A DNA stretch of 64,000 bases. It comes from a virus. Taxonomy: Duplodnaviria; Caudoviricetes. Below are positions 11,729-20,090 of this stretch, one piece after another. The first letter of the stretch is position 1, and each line of letters opens with the position of its first letter. The translations under genes and the position numbers were made by a program. The DNA lies in IMG/VR virus record IMGVR_UViG_3300042397_003635; one strand, given 5' to 3'. The notes under the pieces are model-generated. The model searched no databases and was not told the DNA's origin. It saw only the letters and a program-made list of their open reading frames with translations.

Positions 11729-11810
11729 TTTCTATTTTTTGTTATTTATTAGTAGAGTGTCGCCTCACAAATAATGGACGACTAGCCTTCTTGTACTCAA
11801 AAAATAGAAA
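11729..11810 (-). promoter_or_regulatory. Late promoter AATAAATAAC (11741-11750) inside a perfect 13-bp inverted repeat covering the translation initiation region
   Basis: TTTCTATTTTTTG at 11729-11741 and CAAAAAATAGAAA at 11798-11810; ATG at 11722. Confidence 0.7.
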
Positions 11811-11815
11811 CTGGC

Positions 11816-12640
11816 TTACGGATTACTTAAATTTATTGTAGAGCCGTCATTTCGATTAATTATCGTACCATCTGATAGGATTTCATAATCGTCGAAGTTA
11901 ATATCTATCATCTGAGAATCGGCATTTAGTGTATTTTTTGCTAAACTTGAAGTAATTTCTCTTGAATTTAAACTGTTTTCGATATAATCTATGTAGGCTT
12001 CTTTAGATAGAACCTTTACGAATTGACTAGATGGCAGTGGGTGTTCATTGCCCCAAAGGTCAATTACTGTACCAGATATTTCATATTCGCCAATTTTATC
12101 GAATCTCCAAATAAAGGTCCAGCCTGCTTCAACCTCAATTATGGTTTTTGGAGCAGATCCTGCAGTTATATCAGTTAATTTCCAAAAAACTTTAGATTTT
12201 CCCATAACCTCCCTGGCTGAGATAAACACAGGAAGATGCGTTGGAACAGTCAATCGATCAGTCGCAATTTTTAATTCGGATACGTCTAGGGAATTTTTGG
12301 TAAAAAATGCTGGAATAAATCCAACCTGTTTTCCATCTTTATATGAAATAAAACCTCGGTTTTTCCAGTATTCTGGCTCAGAAACTTTTCTAGTTACCTC
12401 GACTCCATTTTCAATAAATTTTCTTCCATATATTTGATCGTTAAGTGGTGCATATACCATAAGATTCTCAACATCAAACTCTGGAATAACTCCATATAAT
12501 TTTAGTTGTTCAAGGTTTCCCATTTGTTCCTTTGAATAAGTATCAACTGGTTCATAATAAGAGTACTTATTTGCAGAAGTAAATGTAACATTTGCACTAG
12601 GTAATCCAATTGTCGATATATTAATATAAGTTATTGGCAT
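11816..12640 (-). CDS. Putative structural protein with PKD/Ig-like domain (274 aa)
   Basis: VFWKL...FIWRFDKIGEYEISGTVIDLWGN resembles a PKD-like beta sandwich; coupled to the upstream gene by TAATG. Confidence 0.5.
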   Translation of the reverse strand: MPITYINISTIGLPSANVTFTSANKYSYYEPVDTYSKEQMGNLEQLKLYGVIPEFDVENLMVYAPLNDQIYGRKFIENGVEVTRKVSEPEYWKNRGFISYKDGKQVGFIPAFFTKNSLDVSELKIATDRLTVPTHLPVFISAREVMGKSKVFWKLTDITAGSAPKTIIEVEAGWTFIWRFDKIGEYEISGTVIDLWGNEHPLPSSQFVKVLSKEAYIDYIENSLNSREITSSLAKNTLNADSQMIDINFDDYEILSDGTIINRNDGSTINLSNP

Positions 12641-15405
12641 TAATTGTGATCAATTTTTAATTTAGCAGATCTTACTCCAATACTAGATGGTTGAACTCTA
12701 ATCTTAACATCGTAAGTATTTCCAGGAGTAATTGTAATATTATTAATAATTGCAACAACGTTTTCAGTTTGACCTGATCCAAGAACTAATTTAAATTCAT
12801 CTCCATCCTGATCTATTGATATTGAAGCAATTTCAAGATTTGTGCCAGTTGAGGTATTTGTAATTGGAACAGTTAAATCTCTATCAGCACCAACCTCTGT
12901 TGAATTAAATACAATTGTTTCGTTTGCGGTTCCAACATTAAAACTTGGGGCACTAACTAGTGTTGAGACATTAATCGTATTAGATACTACGGCATTTGGG
13001 CCTTTTACTCTAATTGCGAAAAGATCAGTTCCTGTATAATTTGAAGTTGGAATATATCTAATTCCGTAATTTAGGATAGACAAAGTTCCTTGACTAGGCT
13101 GTGTAACTATTTCAAACCCATTAAATGAGGATCCATTTAGATTAACATACGGTAAGGTATTAATATCAACATAAGTATTTCTTGATACTATTTGTTGTGG
13201 AATTTGTGCTAATATTGGAGAAGGCGGTTGAACGGTTAGGGTAGCTGTAACTGTTGAGGTTTGTGCAGTTGGCATATTATCATTAACCGCAGTCGCTGTA
13301 ATCGTATAGGTACCAGTCGGTACAGTTGTATATGTGACTGGGCTATCTGGCGAGCCTATTCCTAATGAAGAACTAATTGTATAGGTTTTAGCATATTGAG
13401 TAGATACGTTGATTGTTACATTACTACCGCTTATTACTGGTGATGAAAATATTCCAGGATTGCTAAAGGATATTGTTGGAAATGGTGCAAGCACCTCTAC
13501 TTGAAATTGTTTAGAAAAACTATTTGATAGCGATGTGTTTTTAAATGGTGACGTATAATTAATAGTTAGAGTGGGAGTAATACTCTCATATGCTGGATTT
13601 ACTCCCCAAAGAGCAGTAAACGATCTAGTTGAGTTATTTACGTTAATTAATGGAATGACAGTCGATCCAGTTTGAGTTACCGTAATACCATATAGAGAAT
13701 CTTCAGAAAATTCTGGAATCCACTCTGGATAAGTTGAGGTGGCTCCAACTTGAATTGTTCCAGAAATACCTTGTCTTAATAGTTGATTTGCAATATATGT
13801 ATCGCTGATTGGCTCTCCTACTACAACTTCTTCGTATACTTGAAATCCAACTGAATCTTCAAATGCACCCTTAAGACCAAACCTATAATAACCAGGTACT
13901 CTTGGTCTAAAAGATACTGAGATTAATCCCTGTCCATATTGATAATATGAAAATCCTGGAATTTCTGGTAAAGAATTTAAGTCAGTATTTGGAGTTACCT
14001 GTGCAATATTTTGCCAATCAGTTTCACCTGGGCTGGTTTTTTGTTGAATTGTCCAAAGAAGAGTTGCAGAGTTTACTTGTTGTAAATTTGCAGAAATCTT
14101 ATAGACTCCTGGAATAGGATCATCTGGCGACTGTTCAATAATAGAAACGTAAGTTCTATCTTGGTTTGCAGCGGATGCGGTAATATATGAATAAGATTGA
14201 GATGTTCCAACACTACCGGAGATGGCCTCGGCTGCAATACTAAGAGACGCTAGGTTTTGGCCCTGTGGAACACTACTGGTTGTAAAAGTTACAAAGCTTG
14301 AATATAAGTAAGAGCCATCTGATCCCTGAAGATATGCTTTTAAATAGTACGGACGGTTTGCAGTTAACCCTGAAAGTTGGGTAACTAAATTAGATGGACT
14401 AATTTCTGAATTAAATGGACCAGATTCAAATCTAACTACGCCCGGCTGTCCTATTTCTAAGTTTGTAGAATTATCTAGTTTGTAAATAACACCATATCTA
14501 ACGTAAACATCGCCTCCGCTATTAGTAAAGGTTGAAGTACTGGTTGCACTGGTTTGCGTAATATCACTTATTGTTGGGGTAGTAATTGTACTTGCACCAA
14601 CTGTACTAAAACTTCCAGTAGGTGATGTCCCTACTCCGGTTGAGTTTGTTGCAGCTGCAGTTAATGTATACGCAGATCCAGCAATCAATCCATTAAATTG
14701 AACAGATATTCCAAGAGAAAAATCAGTAAGGGTTTGGGTTCCAACTTGCGTACCATTTTTAAACAATTTAAATTGAACACTAGTTACAGTACTACCGCCG
14801 TTATTTGAAATTGTGGTTGTTGCAATTACTGAGGTTGCTGTAATTGAACTAAAGGTCGGTGTTGTTAGCGTGGCAACCGTACCGGTTTGAGGTGGAGTAC
14901 ACGCTCGATATCGAATGGTTTCGCCTATACACTCTCCTCCGTTTGACGCTGGTGTAACAACATATCTGGTTTGTTGTTCTTGATATGATCCATTAATTAA
15001 TTGACATGGACCCCAAGCTCCAACTACAAATGACTCTTGGGTTGCACCATAACCCCAATCGCTTAATACGCAATTGACTGGGCTTCCTCCAACTACACAT
15101 TCGTTATGATCAAAACATGAAGTAAATCCTCCAGAAACTGTTATGTCATATTGACCTGGATCAAACACATAGTCGCCGTATACCCTAATTAAAGGTTGTG
15201 AGGTTGAACATACTGCTAAAGTTACAATTGACCCAGTTTGACTTTGAAACCAGTTTGAAGCTTGTACAATATTCGACTGGTTACTAGAAAAATCAGTATA
15301 TTGAAACTCGACTGCATTAATTGGCGTTTGGTTAGTATCAATGTCAATTTGATAGCAAAATGGACTTCCTTCTATGTTTTCCGGTTGATCTATGAATGAT
15401 GGCAT
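12640..15405 (-). CDS. Multidomain adhesin-like virion protein: TSP1-like module, two FN3 domains, Ig/cadherin-like repeats, C-terminal ASH (choice-of-anchor D)-like domain (921 aa)
   Basis: NCVLSDW...WGPC...QTRYVVTPASNGGEC...RAC (TSP1); FNGLIAGSAYTLTAAATN and LSGLTANRPYYLKAY (FN3); VTQPSQGTL...YIPTSNYTGTDLF (Big_9/cadherin-like); FNSTEVG...TVPITNT...ITPGNTYDVKIRVQPSSIGVRSAKLKI (ASH-like). Confidence 0.65.
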   Translation of the reverse strand: MPSFIDQPENIEGSPFCYQIDIDTNQTPINAVEFQYTDFSSNQSNIVQASNWFQSQTGSIVTLAVCSTSQPLIRVYGDYVFDPGQYDITVSGGFTSCFDHNECVVGGSPVNCVLSDWGYGATQESFVVGAWGPCQLINGSYQEQQTRYVVTPASNGGECIGETIRYRACTPPQTGTVATLTTPTFSSITATSVIATTTISNNGGSTVTSVQFKLFKNGTQVGTQTLTDFSLGISVQFNGLIAGSAYTLTAAATNSTGVGTSPTGSFSTVGASTITTPTISDITQTSATSTSTFTNSGGDVYVRYGVIYKLDNSTNLEIGQPGVVRFESGPFNSEISPSNLVTQLSGLTANRPYYLKAYLQGSDGSYLYSSFVTFTTSSVPQGQNLASLSIAAEAISGSVGTSQSYSYITASAANQDRTYVSIIEQSPDDPIPGVYKISANLQQVNSATLLWTIQQKTSPGETDWQNIAQVTPNTDLNSLPEIPGFSYYQYGQGLISVSFRPRVPGYYRFGLKGAFEDSVGFQVYEEVVVGEPISDTYIANQLLRQGISGTIQVGATSTYPEWIPEFSEDSLYGITVTQTGSTVIPLINVNNSTRSFTALWGVNPAYESITPTLTINYTSPFKNTSLSNSFSKQFQVEVLAPFPTISFSNPGIFSSPVISGSNVTINVSTQYAKTYTISSSLGIGSPDSPVTYTTVPTGTYTITATAVNDNMPTAQTSTVTATLTVQPPSPILAQIPQQIVSRNTYVDINTLPYVNLNGSSFNGFEIVTQPSQGTLSILNYGIRYIPTSNYTGTDLFAIRVKGPNAVVSNTINVSTLVSAPSFNVGTANETIVFNSTEVGADRDLTVPITNTSTGTNLEIASISIDQDGDEFKLVLGSGQTENVVAIINNITITPGNTYDVKIRVQPSSIGVRSAKLKIDHN

Positions 15406-15406
15406 A

Positions 15407-17971
15407 TTAGTTTGGAGTTACTTTTACTGTAAAATTATTTGTATTTGAACTTTCCTTAGCTGTTGCATATACTTTATTATTTACAACTTTATATCTAAAT
15501 TTAGAAATAGCACTGTGTGTTGACGCATTTAATTGAGTAATTAAATTATCAATCGTTGAATAGTTTGGAACTGTATATGGATCGTGCAAACCTAATCTGA
15601 TTTTATGACCGATTGTTGGTGCATCAATTGAAAATCCTTGTAAGAAATCTGATTGATATGATAATTGATAGAATTTAGTATGGAAAAGATCTCCAATTTT
15701 TGCATTAGAAATATCGCTCATTCTAGGCTTAACTGAATTGTCTCCAAGTCCCCAAGCGTATGCATAATCTGAAACTAGGGTTGGATCACTAACTGCTTTA
15801 AATTCACCAGTTAGCTTGTCTTTTATTTTTGCTTGAGTCGGTGCTGTATTATTACTAAAGTTATTTGCATAATAAGACCAATCAAACAATTCTTTTTCTA
15901 AATCGATTGATCCAATTTTTTGAGTAAATGAAGGAATCGTTACATTTGGGTTAAACATGTAACTTCCTCCCATATCTCCAACTGTAACATTAGTTAAATC
16001 TTTAAACTGATATGAAAACTTATCTGATGTTCTGGTAAAACCAACTGTAGTTGAAATAGTTGGATTTACTTTAAATTTAATAAAATCTACAGATATTCCA
16101 GCAAATTGATCGTATACTCTTGCTTCAATTAAATATTCTCCAATATATGGTAAAACATGTGCAATCTTATTGAAATCATAAATGTTTCCTCTATAACTCC
16201 ACTTATATGCGTTTGGTGAGTTTGGTTCCGGATTCTTTGTAATTATCCATTCAATATCAACTAAATTTAGATATACTGCAATATCTCTTAGTCTTACTCC
16301 TTCAGTTTCTAAATCGCTAAATGTTATTCCATCATAGTCTAACATTTGATACAGTGGAAGATTTGCTTTTAAAATAATAGGGCAGCCTATTTGTGATTGT
16401 TCATTAACTTCGCCATTCGACCAATAGTAAGATCTTCCGTGCTTTCTCCATTCTTCAATTGAAACCTGTTCATAAAATGTGGTTATTGCTAATATTAGAG
16501 CTTTTTGTTGAGCTGCTGAATAGGTTTGACCTCCGTCATATGGATTTACAATTGCAGAAAAGACTGGGGTCATATCAATCTGCGGTTGAAGTAGCCCTGG
16601 TAAAATATTAGGTACACCCTTTCCGGTATTAAATGAATATTTAGGAAACCCTTCTAAAATTTTAGTTGGATTACCTATTTCAGCCTTGTCTGAATAGAAT
16701 AATGGTCTAATATCTCTAATGTATGGAACGGCAATTTCAGATGAAGGTGAATGGACGCTTGCCTTGATTTTAGTGTTAATATTAACACTTTTAATCTCTG
16801 TGTCATCTGTCCAATATCTAAGATTAAATTTTTCAAAAAATATAAATTCACCAATAATATCTCTAACTACAACGTTTATAGGTAGAATTTCGCGCTTTAA
16901 CTTTTTAGCAAGACCGTCTAACTTATAAAAAATCTCGGCTGGAGTAAAATCCGTAGTTTCCACTACTTCAGGTAAACCGTCATCGTCGTAATTATCAGTT
17001 GCTTTGGTAAATTGATAGCACAGTGCTAAAAATGAAGTTTTCTTAAATTGAGCAGAATCTGTTAAGGCTCCACCAGTAGAAACACTAACCATATTATCAA
17101 TTTTGCCATCATCTAACATATCTGTAATGTTAACTAGTGCAAATGTATTTAAATATTGAGAGGTTGAGTTTGAGTTTTTCCAAAATTCTTTAGCTTCAAG
17201 AACATCTTTATATCCAAACAGATTGATAAAATTAACTAAACCTTTATAGGTACCGACATATGGAAAAACCTGATCGCGATTTACTAAAATTTCTTTTCTT
17301 GCCTGGTTAATCTGTTCCCAATCTGGTAAACCTTCTTTAATGTTATAATCTTTTAATAGTTGAGCATCTTCAATGTGAAACGATATTCCAAAATTTTCCA
17401 TCCAATTACGATATCTAGAATCCTCGTCTACGCCTTCTCCATAATAGTCTATTTCAAGTATTTTGGTTGAAGTAATATTTCCATTTGATACAATTTCGTG
17501 ATATGCAAGTAGCTTTCTGGTATAAATTTTTTCTTCAGTTGGAGAAAAGGCAATATTTACCTGCATTGGATATTTAATATAAAGTTGCGAAGAAGACCCG
17601 TTTGAAAAATCTGAATGATTTAACGTAATTGATTCGGCTTTTTCAATAAAGGGTAAGTCTGTATCACTATTACCACTTATATCCTGTTTTATATTATAGA
17701 AAAAGAAGCTATTTGTAGGGTCAGATGTTTCCCATTTAAAAACAATTCTCTCGTTTTGGTTAAGTGTTGGAAAAAGATACTCTGGGTTAGAGTATTCCAA
17801 GATAAAGATTTGTCGACTATCAAATAAGCCTAATGATACTGGTTTAATATACTCTCGACCATACTGCCAGGCAATAGAGTCACTTTTACCAGTTTCAGCA
17901 TTATACTTAGTAAACTGGAAGTTATAGTTTTCACCAAACTTATCAAAAAATATGAGGTTAGACAGTTGCAT
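15407..17971 (-). CDS. Putative virion/baseplate structural protein (about 854 aa)
   Basis: First gene of the structural operon, after a late promoter. ATG at 17971 preferred over TTG at 17974. PKD-like segment (DIEWII...LPYIGEYLIEARVYD). Confidence 0.55.
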   Translation of the reverse strand: MQLSNLIFFDKFGENYNFQFTKYNAETGKSDSIAWQYGREYIKPVSLGLFDSRQIFILEYSNPEYLFPTLNQNERIVFKWETSDPTNSFFFYNIKQDISGNSDTDLPFIEKAESITLNHSDFSNGSSSQLYIKYPMQVNIAFSPTEEKIYTRKLLAYHEIVSNGNITSTKILEIDYYGEGVDEDSRYRNWMENFGISFHIEDAQLLKDYNIKEGLPDWEQINQARKEILVNRDQVFPYVGTYKGLVNFINLFGYKDVLEAKEFWKNSNSTSQYLNTFALVNITDMLDDGKIDNMVSVSTGGALTDSAQFKKTSFLALCYQFTKATDNYDDDGLPEVVETTDFTPAEIFYKLDGLAKKLKREILPINVVVRDIIGEFIFFEKFNLRYWTDDTEIKSVNINTKIKASVHSPSSEIAVPYIRDIRPLFYSDKAEIGNPTKILEGFPKYSFNTGKGVPNILPGLLQPQIDMTPVFSAIVNPYDGGQTYSAAQQKALILAITTFYEQVSIEEWRKHGRSYYWSNGEVNEQSQIGCPIILKANLPLYQMLDYDGITFSDLETEGVRLRDIAVYLNLVDIEWIITKNPEPNSPNAYKWSYRGNIYDFNKIAHVLPYIGEYLIEARVYDQFAGISVDFIKFKVNPTISTTVGFTRTSDKFSYQFKDLTNVTVGDMGGSYMFNPNVTIPSFTQKIGSIDLEKELFDWSYYANNFSNNTAPTQAKIKDKLTGEFKAVSDPTLVSDYAYAWGLGDNSVKPRMSDISNAKIGDLFHTKFYQLSYQSDFLQGFSIDAPTIGHKIRLGLHDPYTVPNYSTIDNLITQLNASTHSAISKFRYKVVNNKVYATAKESSNTNNFTVKVTPN

Positions 17972-17985
17972 CAACTTGGCTTTTT

Positions 17986-17995
17986 GTTATTTATT
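17986..17995 (-). promoter_or_regulatory. T4-like late promoter AATAAATAAC, flanked by TGGCT/AGCCA inverted arms
   Basis: 14 nt upstream of the ATG; matches the core of the T4 late consensus TATAAATA. Confidence 0.7.
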
Positions 17996-18012
17996 AGCCA
18001 GGAATTGGCAAG

Positions 18013-18432
18013 TTAGATAGTGTAGATTTCGCTCTCGCCAGAATGACTTAGTGAGATAGTTACGATCTTTTCACCCTTTCCTATATGTTTATAGATCTTC
18101 TTGTATTCCTTGGCATATCCATTTTTTGCAATTTGGGTAAAATACGCAAATGCATTATTAGATTTTTCTTCATTAAAGTTCCTCCAATATCGTAAAAGAT
18201 CTAAAAGAGCTGATTGAATACAGTCTTCCCTGTCTAGTGGATTTTGGAATTTTAATTTTTGAATAGCACGATTTGCTAAAAGGATAAAATAGTCGATTGC
18301 TTTTGGGGAAAGTTCGCCTTTTGTATGCTGATAACCAGTTTCTTCATTTAAGAGACCGTGTTTACAACGGATAATTTCATTTGTGAAGTCTCTATTATTA
18401 ATATAGTACTTCGGGTCTTTAATTCTTGCCAT
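18013..18432 (-). CDS. gp55: T4 gp55-like late-transcription sigma factor
   Basis: YINNRDF...DCIQSALLDLLRYWRNFNEEKSNNAFAYFTQIAKN is the characteristic gp55-family signature. Confidence 0.85.
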   Translation of the reverse strand: MARIKDPKYYINNRDFTNEIIRCKHGLLNEETGYQHTKGELSPKAIDYFILLANRAIQKLKFQNPLDREDCIQSALLDLLRYWRNFNEEKSNNAFAYFTQIAKNGYAKEYKKIYKHIGKGEKIVTISLSHSGESEIYTI

Positions 18433-19094
18433 TAGTTTAGGGCCTGGTAAATTTTTAATACACTTAAATAAGAATCGACTAGGTCTGGAAATGGTGATTT
18501 AATTTCAGAAGCTGTGACTAGTTCTGTACTATATTTATTTAAGCATTGAGCTAGGGCAGAGTTTCGTGCTGCCTCTATTTTAGGGTCTTCTATAAATTGA
18601 TTAAAGACATCAAACTTATTAGCGTTACCCTTTGCTCCTATTGCATTTTTTAATTCTGATGGAGAAAATATGAATAATCCAGCTAAGTTATTATCAAGTA
18701 ATCTATCAGTAATAGTCTTTTTAAGAATTCCTGTAGTTTGAACAATATCAACAAGTGAATTACCCTTTGCTCCATAAGCAAATCCTTCAATTCCAACAAT
18801 AATAGGCTTTTGTGGAACTTTAGTTAGGACCGTATCAATTAAGGTATTAACTAAAAGTAATTGATTTTGCAGTTTCTTTCTTTCAGTATCTGAATAACTT
18901 AGTCCTTTATTGTTCTTTTCGCCTAAGTTAACAATATGAATATCTGGAAACTCTAAATTGATTCCTTCTAAGAAGTGAAGGTAAGACTTACTTAATTTAG
19001 TATTGGTGACAGCAACCCATTTAAAGGTCTTGAAATCATGACTGATACAAGCCGCTGGGAAGTTAATAGAGAAGTCAAATCCTATAATAGTCAC
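18432..19094 (-). CDS. RuvC-like Holliday junction resolvase
   Basis: IIGFDFS (first catalytic Asp), GIEGFAYG, SPSELKNAIGAKGNANK, DLVDSY; RNase H-fold RuvC motif order. Confidence 0.7.
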   Translation of the reverse strand: MTIIGFDFSINFPAACISHDFKTFKWVAVTNTKLSKSYLHFLEGINLEFPDIHIVNLGEKNNKGLSYSDTERKKLQNQLLLVNTLIDTVLTKVPQKPIIVGIEGFAYGAKGNSLVDIVQTTGILKKTITDRLLDNNLAGLFIFSPSELKNAIGAKGNANKFDVFNQFIEDPKIEAARNSALAQCLNKYSTELVTASEIKSPFPDLVDSYLSVLKIYQALN

Positions 19095-19196
19095 GCATAA
19101 TTAAGTAATTTGTAATACTTTACTAAAAAATTTATAAAAGGTTTCTAAAACCTTCTTCAAAATCACTATAGAATAAGGGAAAGGTTTGGGAGGGTG

Positions 19197-19276
19197 TCAG
19201 ACTGATAATCAGACTGATACTTATCGACTCTATTCTCTTTATTTTTTAAAAATAAAGAATTAGAGACTCAGTCTGA
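19197..19276. promoter_or_regulatory. Three palindromic TCAG-W-CTGA sites flanking an AT-rich hairpin in the divergent intergenic region
   Basis: TCAGACTGA at 19197-19205 and 19209-19217, TCAGTCTGA at 19268-19276; TCTTTATTTTT-T-AAAAATAAAGA palindrome at 19236-19258. Confidence 0.6.
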
Positions 19277-19322
19277 CCAAAACTTAAGACTCTTTAGTAT
19301 ATTGTTTCTAAATTATTAGGCA

Positions 19323-20072
19323 ATGTTTACACCACAACAAATTTCTAAGATGGTCTTTTTTGATATTGAGACCTCTACTACTACACAGGATGCTGGTTCC
19401 TTGAGCCCCGCACTACAGAATCAATGGCACAAACGTGCTGAATACCTTCGTGATACTCTTTCACAAAAATATCCAGATAATAAGACCCTAAGTGATGAAG
19501 ACCTTTTTACCCAAAAAGCTGCACTTCAAGCAGAGTTCGGCAGAATAGTCTGTATTAGTTTTGGTCGTATTGTTTATAAAGACGGCGAACCTACATTTAC
19601 CGTTGCTGCTATTTCAGGAGAAAACGAAGAAGAACTCTTAACTAAAGCCCAAAAATCTATTTCTAAAATATTTGCAACTGGAGGAACCTTAGTTGGTCAT
19701 AATATTAAAAGATTTGATATTCCTTATCTATGTAAGAGATTATTAATTAATGGTTTGGCTATTCCAGACGAACTCCATTTTCATAACAAGAAACCTTGGG
19801 AAATTCCAATGCAAGATACAATGGACGTTTGGTCATTTGGAGCTTGGCAAGAAGGTTTTGCTTCGCTAGATCTTATTTGTGGAGTTCTTAATATTCCATC
19901 ACCTAAAGGAGCAATGCGAGGTGAAGAAGTTCCAGCTGCGTTTTGGGAAGGTCGTCTTCAAGAAATTGCTCAATATAATATGGAAGATGTCATTGCACTC
20001 GGGCGTATTATATTAAAGGTCTCAGGACTAAACTTGTTTGAAGAAGAGAGTATAACAAGAAATACGCTATAA
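19323..20072 (+). CDS. PolB-related stand-alone 3'-5' exonuclease (DnaQ-like/DEDD)
   Basis: ExoI FFDIET, ExoII GHNIKRFDIPYL, ExoIII YNMEDV. Confidence 0.85.
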   Translation: MFTPQQISKMVFFDIETSTTTQDAGSLSPALQNQWHKRAEYLRDTLSQKYPDNKTLSDEDLFTQKAALQAEFGRIVCISFGRIVYKDGEPTFTVAAISGENEEELLTKAQKSISKIFATGGTLVGHNIKRFDIPYLCKRLLINGLAIPDELHFHNKKPWEIPMQDTMDVWSFGAWQEGFASLDLICGVLNIPSPKGAMRGEEVPAAFWEGRLQEIAQYNMEDVIALGRIILKVSGLNLFEEESITRNTL

Positions 20073-20090
20073 AAATATTTAAAAAGATAA

